64,000 nt of DNA from Paramecium tetraurelia (lineage: Eukaryota). A program made the position numbers and the translations under genes. Under the pieces are notes generated by a model, which saw only the letters and a list, made by a program, of their open reading frames with translations, was not told the origin of the DNA and did not search any database. The stretch covers positions 434,001-498,000 of the forward strand of contig CT868208.1 of assembly GCA_000165425.1 (NCBI GenBank), in the 5' to 3' direction. Of this stretch, positions 1 through 13,900 are shown piece by piece (position 1 is the stretch's first letter; the number at the start of each line of letters is the position of its first letter).

Positions 1-1349
1 TTCGCAATAAAAGTAAATAGAATTGATTAGACAACTTTGATAAAATTAGGACAAATTGTTTCTGTATTACCCAACGTATTGAAAGAGGATGAGATATCCC
101 ATTATATTTAGATTATTAATGATTTTCTATATCATTTTATGTATGGTTCTTTAGTAATCTCAACAGATTTTGTAATAAATTAGTTATTATAAAATGACTG
201 TTTAATTATTTTGTTTAACATAAAAACAAATTTATTAGTTGTAAATTTTTGTGAATTGTTTAAAAAGCTATTAATTAGTTTTCCTTTTGGAAACGTACCA
301 GATTAACTTATTTAATTAGCAATAATATTTATTACTCAAAATATGTAAAGCAATCATCAAGACATTTTGGATTTGTATTTAAAATTACTTTATGAATACA
401 ATAAAGGCGTTAATCATAATACCACAGGTATTTTATTACAAGAATTATTCTTGAAAAATGAAAATATGTTGTTGTAAAATCTAGAGAATTAATCAATTAA
501 ATGCTTCATTTTATTAATGATAAACGAAATGATACTATTAGATTTATTACCCATATCCAATAATTTATATTAAATGTTGGCTTCATTAATGATCAAAGCA
601 TAAACAATAAGTGATATTGAATAATCAGTAGAAATGAAAAATAATTGCCTTAATGTGTTGGAAACAATAATTTTATAATAAATAGGTAAAATAGATGTTA
701 CATGCTATGGAACCTTGATTATTTATTTAATAAAAGAATTTTTAGGTTTTCAGTAAATTTAACTAAAATCATTTCAATTTGTTGAATTAAAAACTCGAGT
801 GACTAACATTTTGAATATATTTTTCTTTAAAGAGGAAGCATATTTTTTGGAATTTATAGCATCAAATTTTCAAAATTATGATTAATATTTCATTTAATGG
901 CAAGAAAATTCAATCAATATCATAAATAAGGGAAATAAAAAATTAAACACAATTACTACTTTATATTTTTTAAAATACATTTCTCAACCTACATTATAGA
1001 GTTTTATAGAACCTATATTAAAAGAAAGTTTAGTTGAAATTTAATATTTTATTGATTATTAGAATGAAGAATTTAGAGAATAATAAATAAAGAATCGATT
1101 ACAGTACCACAGTTTTGAGAAAGTAAGATTAAGTAAGAATAGAGAAAGCTTAAGAAAAGAGGAATTGTTTGAAAGGAACTTACATTATAATAAACTAAAT
1201 ATCCAATAATTAGTTTTAGCAACTATAAATGTAATAATTATATCTATAACTAGTAAGTTATGACTTAATTCAAACTGTAAGGAATGTAATAGATCATTTA
1301 AGATTAATATTTATTAGGCTAATTGAACTTATTAGTTGATGAATGCTGA
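1..1349 (+). CDS. Hypothetical helical protein, 3' part (5' end outside window)
   Basis: Frame 1 appears open from base 1 to 1230 with TAA/TAG=Gln. A probable 23-nt intron at 1231-1253 leads to TGA at 1347-1349; without splicing the stop is TGA at 1261. Confidence 0.6.
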
Positions 1350-1387
1350 TATACAGATGTATTTAGTTATTAAACCAATGAAATTGA

Positions 1388-1823
1388 TCATTCCTTTTTC
1401 TCTTCAGCTCTTACTTTGCCTTTTCCATTTGTTAATCTAACATTGAGTTCAGCTGCTCTTCTAACAAGAGTTGCTCTTTTTCTGGCTGAAAGGTTGTGAG
1501 CTAATTCACCTGCAAATGTTCTATTATTTGTTAATAATAATTCAAGATCCTTTTCATTAGTTATAAGCAATTTTCTGAAACCAGTTTAATCCAAATATCT
1601 AAAATGAGCATAGAATATAATACCTAGTCTTCTTATCACCTCTATAACCAGCTTTGGGCATAGGTCTATTGCCTCTAAATCTTCTTCTGACTCTGTTATC
1701 AATACCTCTTGGTCTTCTCCAACTTGGTCTCAATTTATGAGGGTAGTCCTCTGATTCAAATCTAACAAATCTCTTTGTTCTCTTGTGCACAATTCTTTTA
1801 TGAGCAAGTGATTTGACGACCAT
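1388..1823 (-). CDS. RPL32: 60S ribosomal protein L32 (eL32)
   Basis: [71 protein letters not shown] 25-nt GTA..TAG intron at 1599-1623 joins the two ORF-track pieces. Confidence 0.97.
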
Positions 1824-2165
1824 TTGTTTATAATTAAATAAAAGATTTTAATTCAAAAATTAACATTATTTTGTAAATAAGTATTCTAATGGTATTTGAT
1901 CATTTTAGACTGTGTTCACTTGCAATAACTAGAGAAGAGACTGGCCATTGTCTTTACTATAGTGGAAATACAAGAAAAGTGGAAACTACTGTAAATATTA
2001 ATGATTTTAATTACATTATAATTATAATCTTTAATAAGAAATGAGACTTCAAGAGATATAAATTAAAGATCAATTCAAGGATTTTAATAAACCAATTATT
2101 TCCCTCCAAAACTTAAAAATTTGAATAATTAGATTACCAACAAATTTAGGTTATTTTGAAAAAGG

Positions 2166-3008
2166 TCAAAGAAAATGAATTGTTTACATGTACTGCACCG
2201 ATTTGGTGATTTTAATCATAAATTGTAATTGAAATCATATTTTTCACTGCATATTGTTTGAAGTGACTTATTATTTAGCACCTCTGAATTTTCTTTTGAA
2301 GATCCTCTTTCTTCTTATTGATGGAATTTGCTAACTTTCTGTTGATGTCAATTTTTATATCTTCTGGTTTATTTTTTAGATAACCTACTTTTTGGTTGAA
2401 TTCATACATTTTTAATTTGTATTGGTATATTTTCTGTATCTTCAGAATAAAAATTGGTTATAGCTTCAAACAATTCATATTTTTAATAGTAAAGGAAGTC
2501 TGAATCAAGAGTGACAAACAAAATAAGATCAGAATGAACTGCCTATTGATTGTAATAGTCAGTTATTGTGGTGATATTTACATCATAGTCCACAAGTGTC
2601 AGAATACTCATTTCCATTTCCAATATTTATTTAGAACTAAATTCAAAGTTACATTGTGATGCACAATCGTCTATGTTCATATTGATTTAGGTTTGACATT
2701 CATTAAACTTATATAAGATATTAAAAACTAGTTTACTTTGACTGCAATCATTAATGAGGCTATTCCCAATAATTTTAAATTATCTGGTTGCATCGAGTTT
2801 TGAGAAGCATAAATCTTTATTAATATTGCAGCCAATTCTATTGTTTTCGTATTAAGGTTATTTTTCTCAGAAATCTAAAATACTACTAATAACAAACCAT
2901 AAAGATCCAATGGATCAGAATTTCAAGTTGCACTATCTTTTGATGAGATATTGGTTCTGATATTTTAATATCTCTCATCCTTAGATAGTCATTGCAGTCG
3001 ATATCCAT
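2166..3008 (-). CDS. Cyclin-family protein (cyclin N-terminal box)
   Basis: EILIHWIFM-ISEKNNLNTKTIELAAILIKIY..LKLLGIASLMIAVK-FNE..QILEMEMSILTLVDYDV is a typical cyclin box. Two tiny introns. Confidence 0.85.
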
Positions 3009-3182
3009 AACTATTTATAAAATATTATAATTTGAAAATATTCACATCCAAAGAAGTGAGGTATATTGTAAAAGTTAATCACAATTGCAATCCCATTACT
3101 AAGGAATCTGAAAGTATCGAGAACTTTGATCCTTTTGATTCTAAAATGACCAATGCAATTATATTATATTATTTATTTAATA

Positions 3183-4317
3183 ATGGACAATCCAGACAAC
3201 TACATTGTGAATATTTTCAAAAACGAAATCCAAATCAAAAGAATTCGAAAGGGTACTTCTTAATTTTATCCCTAGAATTGAAATAGTTAGAGGTCCTAGA
3301 CAGCAAGGAATTCAAAATTAACCTGAAGCAATTGTCTAATAATTTACAAATCATCGTACTAATCGTTCACTATGTAGGTTGAAATGCAACCAGTTGTACC
3401 CTTAAATTAAGGCAAACCAATCAAATTTTGCTTATACCTTGATAATAAATTCCCTTTCGTATTTCCCAGAGTTCATCTTCTTAGTCATGTACTAATCAAA
3501 TTTTATCACCCTAGTTAACTAAGCCCACTTTTGCTGATGGAAGAGACTATATCGAAGATGTTTTACATTAATAATGGAGCCCATCCATTTTGCTCAATGA
3601 AATCATTCAAAAATTTCCTAAATTTCTCGTAACTCCATGAATCTTCTATAATTAGGATTAAGTGAGACATTATAAAGATGATAGAGATCATTTGCTTTCT
3701 TTGGGCAAATATAATTTAGATTAGGAATACGAGGGATCATTGGGGTTGGAAGATGTCGAATACTTTTAATGCAAAGAAATACTAAGTGGAAGATCTTACC
3801 AGAAAATATTATAATTAAGCAATAGCTACATCTTGATCTTGGAATACTAAAATAAAGTCTTGATTCTCTAAAGCTTTTAACCTACTAAAGACTTAGTTAA
3901 AGTTGAAAAGATAGAGAATAGTGCCCAATTAACATGGAGATCTGATGACAATTTCAGACTCCAAACAGTAACCCCTTCAAACATCGATTAATTTATGGAT
4001 TCAATCCTTCTCTACAAAACTGGTGCTTCCGGTAAAAAAATCTAGGAAGAAGAAGTAACCTTACAAAAGTTTGAGAATTTTTAAATCTAAAAACTCCTTG
4101 ATTCAGTAAGTTACTATGAGAAAAATCTAGAGCAGGAACTCAACCCTTAGACATTGAATTCTCTTATGGACTCATATCAATAAGTAAGCATCTATCTAAC
4201 TAGGCTATTGAATATTTTTCTGCAGTTTCTGATGAAGATTTTAAGGAATATGTTATGCGTCTTTAAAATTTACTAGGGAGAGAGGATGTCTAAAAAATAC
4301 TATCCAATAAATTGTGA
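3183..4317 (+). CDS. UBC/RWD-like domain protein, multi-intron
   Basis: MDNPDNYIVNIF..KFCLYLDNKFPFVFPRVHL..PTFADGRDYIEDVLHQQWSPSILLNEII resembles a UBC-like fold. Several tiny introns; ends LSNKL-TGA. Confidence 0.65.
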
Positions 4318-4517
4318 TCATGCAGTTTTTGTATATGATTTAATGTTAAAATCAGTCAAAATTTATTAATCATTATAAAATTGATTTATTCGATATATTT
4401 TACTTTCCAGAGGAAAAAACGTGTTATCAATATCCATTTTTATATTTAGGATATAAAGTTGAAAGACACTTTTGTTTTAATTAAATATTACACAAACTTA
4501 ATAATTATTATTACTTA

Positions 4518-6123
4518 TCATTCGTCCAAATCGAATTCGAGTAAGATAAATAAAGATGGTAAAAAGGCTTAAATTAACTCTTATTACATATTTGGAATCA
4601 ATTCGGTATAATTAGGCCCATATTATTTTGCAATATCTTCAAGAGAATTTTTTTCTCTTAAGCTTTTAAAGGTGTTATAGATAGTTAGAAACTCATTTAA
4701 TCCCAATTCCCTTTCCAAAGCTGATCTGATTTTTTCAGCTCTCTCATAACCAAGTTTTGGATTTTATTTTTTAGCTATTCATAAGATAACCTTTAATCTT
4801 ACTATTCTATTGCTAAGATTGGACTAATTGTTCATTCAATTTTTCTTTGGCAGAATTTAATTGCTATTATTTCTGTTCTATTTGAGACATGAAAGGAAGA
4901 TAGATTTCTACAGGAACATCTTTGGTTTTAGCTATTTTCTTATCCCCCTATTATTAATCTTATTTTTTTGGTTGGCCAAATGACTCAATAATTAATTCCT
5001 AAGGCTTCTGTTATTACTACTAACATTTCTATATAATTTACTAGCATACTTTTTTTTATATATCTTATTTCATAAATTTTTATTACTCTTCTCTTGTTAA
5101 TTTCTTTTACTATTTGTATTCATCCTTTTTTATAATAACCTAATGTTACTATTTCTCTAGATTAACAATATATCATACTTTACATCAGTAATGCTGCTGG
5201 CTTTGTTATTGGTTACTATTTAATATTTAATTATTTAATCCTATTTTAGATTATTTGATTTTCTAAGTAATGATTAAATAATACATAAAATCTATTCAAT
5301 TGATGGTCTTTTATTTTGATCAATCTATAACAGACTTTAAATTAAGTTTTTCATATTTTATGAATAGACTTACGCACTTATTGGTTGAATTTTCCCTTTT
5401 ATAATTTTAGTAGCCAGACCTGGTAATGATTCAGCTTAAAATGGGTATTTAAATGTGCACATTTCGTATAGTAACACTCCTAAAGCCCAGATATCACTCT
5501 TATAAGAATAAGGCTAGTTTTATATTATTTCAGGGGACAAGTAGTAAGGAGTTCCTATAAAAGTGGTTGCAAGAGTCTACTCAACAGATCTTGCAATCCC
5601 GAAGTCCCCTAATTTCAATTTGTCATCTTGCAAAAATACATTCTCCGCTTTTATGTCTCGATGGATAATTCTCTATGAGTGAACGCATTAAATTGCTAAA
5701 CATAACTAAGTAAACCAATCAACAATTTGTGTTTCAGGTAATGGCTATTGTCTTGACTTTATGTATTACCCTAAAGTGCCATCTAGTAATATTATTTATT
5801 GATTAATTACTATTGGCATATTCCATTATTATGCATAATCTATTTTTGCTATCTACAAATGTTTCTACGTATTAGATGATGTTCTCGTGTCTCAGATTTT
5901 GCAGTATTAATGCTTCTTGTTTGGCTGAAGGTGATTGAGGCAATACCTTCATAACGTATTTAATTTGATTTTCGTCGTCAGAAGTCACAAGGTATGCTTT
6001 CCCATAAGCTCCAACCCCCAATAACCTTTATTTTTTGTATTGTTTTATTATTGTTTCATCGATTTACATTTCATGGGACATACTAGTAATATCATCAATA
6101 AGTATATGACTATCATCATCCAT
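4518..6123 (-). CDS. NIMA-related (NEK) Ser/Thr protein kinase
   Basis: [58 protein letters not shown], followed by a C-terminal extension. Tiny introns. Confidence 0.92.
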
Positions 6124-6167
6124 TATTATAAAAATATATAATATGATCAAATTGTAAAATATAATAA

Positions 6168-6665
6168 TCAACTCATTGTTGTTTTTCATAATTTTTGAAG
6201 GTTAAAAATGCAGACAAACTAAACAATAATTCAAAGACAATAAATATTAATGCAATTACATTTATTATTATCTCCAAAATTACAACATAAGTTTATAAGA
6301 CGATGAAAAATATGTAGAAGAAAATGCATGGAAAAATAAGTAATACAAACCTAAATATTAAAGTAAAATACCATAAAATTTGAGATGGGGATTCAGTTTT
6401 ATTTCCTATCGATCCCAATATCAATCTTGGAAATTAACAGAATGCTAACAAAAATTGCAAAAATATTTCTATTCCTATTTTATTTGGTGGATAAAACAAT
6501 CCATATCCCTTATAAATAAACACTATGATTTCAATTATGAAATAGATGTACTAGATATAGTAATGAGTTGCATACTGTGAAAATATAATCAAAATATAAG
6601 AAGGTTTGAAGAGGTATTGAAGCTAAAGGTCTTTTCTCATCATTAATGTTTGCAGCCTCCTTCAT
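6168..6665 (-). CDS. TMEM216: TMEM216/TMEM17/TMEM80-family ciliary transition-zone membrane protein
   Basis: After removing 25- and 21-nt introns: LASIPLQTFLYFD..YKGYGLFYPP..RLILGSIGNKTE..FFIVLQTYVVILEIIIN. Four hydrophobic segments with TMEM216-like motifs. Confidence 0.8.
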
Positions 6666-6846
6666 TTGAGTATTTGAAATTAAATAATTATTGTATAAAT
6701 TAATTATAATAAACAATAACAAACCTCATAAATCTCCTAAATCTAATAACACTGAATAAGAAACTAAATAGAATATCAAACTTAGAGAAACTACATCCCA
6801 TAATCCCTAATTTATGATTAAAATAGTAAATTATATATATATATAC

Positions 6847-8704
6847 TCACGATAAAAACAATTTTGCTTAATTCTTATAAAGCTATAATTTTAATATCTT
6901 TTCTGGATCATCCTCTTAAAAGTACACTATTGCTCTTTCAACCCAGAAATCTTTTTTTTTTTTGGATGGCTACAAATTCATCATAAAATGAAGCTTAAAA
7001 TAGGTGTTATATTTTACTTTTTTTGCATTTTTCACTAAAGCTTTAATTACTGGCATTTCTGTAAGATCCTAAGCAGTTTTCCCAGCCACAGTTTTAATCG
7101 ATGGATTTGCTTAATAAACTAGTAATACTCTAACAGTATCGCAATTGTTATTTTTAGCAGCTATATGCAAAGGAGTCCTACCCACTATTTTAATACTATA
7201 ATATATACTCATATCTCTAGCATCTAGATCCGCACCATTCTCAACTAATAATTTAATAACTTCAATTGAATTATTACTAACTGCATGATGTAGAGGTGTT
7301 TTCTATTAATTATCACGATCGTAAACATGAAAACGACAATCTCTTAACATACTCTCAATTTCTCTTAAGTTGTCTGCTTTTACTTACCTAAAAAATTCAA
7401 CACTATTAGGCCTTTCATATGCTTAGGATGGGAAAACTTGATTATTCACGACATCGTTTAGAGTAATATTGAATCTCTTTAATTTATCCATAAAATTTCT
7501 AAGGGCTTTCATTACTCTTAATCTAAGATCAGCCTTTGCTTCCTCATCTAATCTTTGTGTTTTTGGACTCTAAATCCTTGCTGACGATTGAGACTTTAGT
7601 GTTCTTAGAGTCTTTAATGTTCGATATGCAGATGGTTATTGTTGTGATGGTTGTAACGCCTTTTTATTCTTTCTAACGTGATTCATAGTGTATTTGACTT
7701 CTCTGATGTCATCTCTAAACTTTTTCACATTTGCAATCATCCCATTTATTAATTTTTACTCATCCTTTATTAATTATTCAGTCTATTCTTTCATCCTTCC
7801 ATCAATTTTATCTTGAATGATTCTAAATTATTTAAGAATAATTACTAAAAAAATTAGTCCATTTATGATTTAGGAATAAAAACATCAAAATCCTAATTCT
7901 CATCTGTCTTTTATCTTTAAGATGCTACTTAATCTATCATCATCTCATGTTTTTAACCATAATTTCTTTTGAAAACAATATTTTTTTCTTAATTTGGTTT
8001 CCTATATTTAGAGAACCTAATCTAATCTATAAATTTATTTTAAAGATTATCGAATTCCCCCTCATCATCGGATATAAATAATGCCTTTGACATTTCCTTA
8101 GCAGATTGTTAAAGTGCTTAGGCTGACTTCTCCATTTATATAATGGATTCGTAACTATTTTTTTCTAATTATCCATTTAAAAAGTTAGCTACTATTTTCC
8201 CAGTTGCACTATGAGATTATTGCATGATTGCACATAAAAAGTGAGTCTATTGTAATAATTTTTCTTTGGATTCATCACCCTTAAGTGGATTCGATTAGGC
8301 AATACTATTATTATTTAGGTTTCTCAGATTGGATATTTTATTGACTCTTCTCAAAGGAGGTTTGTTGGGTGGCAATTAAACCGTTTCAAGTTTGTTCCTG
8401 TAAGATGGATGAATATTCTTGTTAAGTCGAAATACTGGATCTGGATCAGAAGGGTGAGTATGCATTTTTGGTGAATTAATTGGAGAACAATTCTCACTAA
8501 TGAATTCTGTGTTAATAGAGGGACTCACTTATGACTTGTATAACAAAGTGGACGTTTTGGATATGTTGGGATAGCTTATTGTAAGTGTGCTTATTACAAT
8601 GTGGATGATGTCGTATTTCTAGTGGTTCTTTACTTTTATGCGGCCTTGAGTTCTGATTTTAGTTTAGCTTACTCTTATGCAAGCATGTGCCCCAATTTAA
8701 TCAT
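6847..8704 (-). CDS. Ankyrin-repeat protein with long low-complexity N-terminus
   Basis: C-terminal ankyrin repeats (RTPLHHAVSNNSIEVIKLLVENGADLDARD; GRTPLHIAAKNNNCDTVRVLL). Frame is kept by tiny introns such as 8575-8597. Confidence 0.85.
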
Positions 8705-8747
8705 TTTTTTATAATTATTTCTAATAAAAATGAGTTTTTAATTATCA

Positions 8748-10950
8748 TCAATATAATTCATATCTTGAACTTGCACTTCCTGGTGTTTACAATCTAATAT
8801 TACAAAATTGATATACATTGTATGTGGATTAACAATCTGTTGATACTTTTGACTTTACACAATTGGCTTATTTGGTAACTTCTTAGCCAATAAATCCAAA
8901 TCCAAAATGTCTTATTCTTAAATCTCTTCATCATCAATATAGATCTAGAAGTCTCTCCAAAAAAATGGATTCAGTTTCATATCTTTAATGACATCCTCTG
9001 CACTTTAAACTAAATCTTAGCTTAAGCCCCACAATGAAATCTTGCCCTTCTTACCTCCAACCAACAAATATTACCCATCATTTGAGAAGTCTAACGAAAC
9101 TATACTGAATATTCTGTTAATTTATTCAGCCACTTAACCTGTTCCACATTCATATATTCTTATATTTGTTGGAAGCATCTTTTTATTTACCTTAGCATTT
9201 TTAGTCAAATATTCTACTGAAGGAATCTCTATAAATTATTTATCTGATGCATTAACTAATGGCAAATGAGCAATAGCAAAATACAACCCAGATTTATCAA
9301 TCTTTAAATGTCTTGAAAAAGGAGGAACTGTTATTTTGGCTCTCTTCTCTGAACTTTAGATTTTGTATATATAAACAAATCCATAATTAGATAGAATTAG
9401 AATATAATCTTTTGAAGGGTGTAAATCAAATCCAAATATTGTGCCTTCAATTGTATATATACTTAGAGCTAAGGCTGATAACTAAGAATTTGCTTTATCA
9501 ATTTGATGTCTCCTCACAGAATTATGATTATAGATAGTCAATGAATTGAATGATTTATCATTCCTTGGAATATAGGAAGTTGAATATGCTTGGGTATTAA
9601 CTTTAACGATGTCAAATTCTAATTGAAAGAGTTTGATTCCCACATAGGATATGTTTTCAAGTTTATCTTCCAACTTCAGCACTGGCTTGAGTTGATTTTC
9701 ACAATCTAATATAATTGTAAATCCGTTTTTGAAGGCTACTCCCAAATACTGATAAGCGGGACTGAACTGCATTTCTTTAATTCCTAGGTTTTAAGTTAAA
9801 GCAATTTGCTACGGAATTACACATTATTTAAAGAGAAAACAAATAATTATCCTTTATTATCTCCTAAATAGATATCATCTCTATAATTGTCAATGACGCA
9901 GCATTTAATTTTAGTCTGAAATTATCCAATGTAATATTTACTCATTGAGAATTTATCTCCACGAGAATTAGAAACTCCAAAAGAGCCATCATTTGAACAG
10001 GAATAAAATTAATTGCTTTGTACAGGATCCCAAGAAACTTGGTTGATTCTCCCTCCATGGCCATTTTATTAATTTAAGATTATTCTTTTATTGATATCCA
10101 TGGTGACTAAGGTAGAATCATTTAAGGAGAATACTAGAATTTGATTAGAGTGCTTTAATTATACACAATAGCAAGTATCATTTGCATGAATCTCTGTTAC
10201 AAATTTAAGGGTCGATATTTCATATATAAATATTTTACCACTCCTTGTGGATAAATATAAATATTATTCAAAGCTTGTAGATGCAGCAAATTCTTAATCT
10301 GGAGCTTTTAATTAAGATATTAGATCTCCTTCTGAATTCAAAATGTATAAATCTCCTGTGACCAATATTAGGATGATTAAATTCAATGATTTGTTGGTGT
10401 CCATATGTTTGATATTCTTTAATGTGATTCTATTTGTAATTTGAACACTATTCGATACTAAGTTCCAAAGAGTTACCTATCCATTACACATGAAGCATAA
10501 TTTAGTTTTTGGTTTAGTTAACAAATACGAAAATCCATTGCAAGGGTTCAGATTATCTAAATCAGTAATGAAAACTAGTTTATATTATTGAATGTCATAA
10601 ACAAGTATTCGATGACCTGTATTAACTTCGATCAGAATCAATTAATTATTAATGTTCTCCATAAATATGTTGACGGTTTTCTTATCTGTGTCAGGTAGAT
10701 AGTCATCGAAAGTTCGATTAAAGGAGTCAAATTCAGAAATTTATAGATGATTCTTAAATCCCATACTTACAGATGCAATAAGATTCTATCCACAAAAACA
10801 GATTGCCATAATCTAATTAACATGGCCATGCATTTAAACTTTAGAATTATTTGTAGTATCAAGCAATAGCAAGCTGTTTCCTTGTTCAAAAGCAACTAAA
10901 TCATTTTTTACATCAAATGAATTTGTGCCCCCCAAAAAGTCTATAATCAT
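8748..10950 (-). CDS. WD40-repeat beta-propeller protein
   Basis: HGHVNQI.., HGGRINQVSWD..SCSNDGSFGV, SLDFSNDGQYLLVGGKKGKISLW. Open frame in the ciliate code. Confidence 0.8.
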
Positions 10951-10997
10951 AGGAAATAAAATTTTATATATGTTTTATTTTAATATATTTAATTTGG

Positions 10998-13900
10998 TCA
11001 AAAACCAGGTGGCTAATATGATCCAAATTGTTAACCTCCATAACCCATAGGAGCTTAATTCATTTAGGAATTTGTGAAACCGGAAGGCTATCCAAAGCCT
11101 GAAGGTTATCCATAACTTATATTGCTGTTATTCATTTGGCTTGGTGGACCCAACATTAATTAGCCTTAGTTCAATAAGAAATCTTAAGCTATTGGTAGAG
11201 CTTATGATTATTGTTATTGTGCTGTTTGAATTTCCTATTTTAATAATTACAAAATTGTACCTTCTTTTCTCTGTCTTCGTGCTTCTTTTATACATACTCA
11301 ATTTTGTGAGTCAATTCCCAAGTGATTTAGATGAAGTATGGCATAGCAAATTCCATAAGGCCTGATCTCCAAGTCAATTCCATAACTTAGTCTGGTTTCA
11401 ATAAATCATAGCATGTGTAAAGACACACTGTAAAGAATTCACTTTCCTTGTTTTATATGAAGAATTCCAATAATTCATAAACTAACTTAACATTCTAAGA
11501 TTCCTAAGCTGTTTCGACTGAATCTCTGTACATTTAGTCCTATTTACTCAGGTTCATAGATAAATCATATTTCTAAATCTTTCTATATAAATAAGCAGCG
11601 ATTCTTCTGAATTCAACCAATTCGTGAGATTAGGTCTTTTAAGCCAAAGCCAATTAGTCAAAGTTTTCATAGTTCTTGACTGATTCTCTAAGATTTTCAT
11701 AGTCCTCAATATCTAAATAGAGTTGATTCAAGGCATCGTTAACATCTTTGTTATTGGCATTTTGAATTTGTTATAAAAATGGTAATGTCAAAGCCAAATA
11801 GCCAGTGTTCTTCATCAATTTAACAAATTTGCTTAAATCAATCTTAGATTGAATGCTTCTTAATAAATCATTAATTTATTCTGGTTATTCTTCAAGGTAA
11901 AAGAGAATACATTTGTAATACAAATCTGTATTGGTTATCTTTTAGAGTAACATAACTAGAACATCATGTGAGAAGGCAGTTGGTGAATGCTCGATCATAA
12001 TGTTGATAGCATTATCTGGTTAATCATAGTGTTGATGTAAGTAGACAGCTTCACTCCAGAGACACATCTTTTCACAAGTTCTTAAGACTTTCAAAATGTT
12101 CATCTTTTAGAAGTATTATCTGCAGTGTTCCATGACTTTCTTCTATTTGTAATGGCAATAAAGAACTGCTAATTCTGTGAAGATACCAACATGTGCTCTT
12201 TACATACCTAAGGCATTCTCCAATAATATCATCATTTCCTCTTATGCATTGTATTCTTCATATTATTTGATCAATGACTCCAACATATCTGGTACAATGA
12301 TAATATTCTAAGCAGCAATGGAAGCATACTTGAATTCTGATGCCTCAACACAAGCAAAGCATAATTCTTTCCATGTCTTGGAAGTATTGGCCTTTTAAGC
12401 TGCTTCAATAGCTTTGTTAAATTATTTTAATCTAACCAAACAAGATGCTATTCTTGCATTATTTTTAAGGGCAGTGAATAAGATCTTAGCTGCTTCATAT
12501 AATTATTGATCATAGCATCTCTCTCCTACCTTAATTACATCTGCTGAGTTGCTTGATTAAATCAAAGATTCAATATCTAAGTTCTTGTCTAATTTGGCAT
12601 AACAATAGATTAATGAATTGTCAATGTTGACATCCTTGACTGTTTATCTGCACATTAAGAGATATTTGACTAATAATTCATATTTCTCTTCTTATTCAGC
12701 AACATTAATAATATTCAAGAATGCACTTGAATCATTAGCCTTGATGTAGCAATCAATGGATTCATTTGTTTATCCTTAATTCAAATAAGCTTCAGCCAAT
12801 AATGACCATACTTCTGGGGAACTAGCATACTAAGCATATTCATGAGCTCTTGGAATGCTGCCCAAATTTCTGAGTAACACATTAACAGCATCAATGTGTA
12901 AATTAAATTTCTTAAAGACAGCATAAGCCTCTTCAAACAAGTTATATTCTTCATTCAAACAATGTTAAGCAATAATCTATGGATCGAATTTATCCAATCT
13001 ATTGATGTAATCCAACACTTTGCTTGTGTCACTTTGAATGGCTGTGATGATTAATAAATTCTATAATTATTTGTATTACATAAATTCAGGGTTATGTAAA
13101 ACCAATTTCTCTAACAAACCCAATAATTCATAAGGAATCTTGGCCAACACAAATGCTTTGACAGCTGCTTAAACTTCATCAACATTCTTTGAGTCCTATA
13201 ATGCTTAAATGACATAGTCAATTAAATTTTTTCTGTGTGGATTTGTCTCTTATAATACTCCAGCCCATAAATCAACATCCTATCTTTCTACGAGATATTT
13301 GGCTTAGACTCTGTACATTTCATTTTTGTTTGTTAAATTAATTAATTCTTAATCGCATTGTCCCCAAGCTCTCTTATAAGCTAGAACTGCTAATTAAGGA
13401 TCTCTTTCCTCACAGAATTTACCAACAGCCTTGGCATCATAGAATTGATTATTGATCAAGAAACCATCAGGATCTTATGATGTATCAATCTTGATTTTAG
13501 CTAATGCATTGTGAATAGCTGGAATTTGGTTACCTTCTGTAACTCTAGCTTCAAGCCATTATTCCAAGACTCTAAGTTTATTTCTTTTTTCGAATTCATC
13601 AACAGTTGGCTCAATTGGACACATTCCACGAATGTTATACAACAATTATTTCAAGTAAACTTCATCGCATTCCAAATCAATTAATGTACCAAATACACCA
13701 GGAGCAGCATTAGGATTAACTTTGAAGATATAGATTTCAATATATCTAGTGAATCCATTTTTATAAAGATATCTGGTCAATTCATCAACAAATCCATTCA
13801 TATCACATAAGAATATCAATGGTCTTGGATCAGATAACTTTTATTCCTTTAAGTAATTTTTGACTTTATCAGCATCATAACAATCTCCTTTTTCTGTAAT

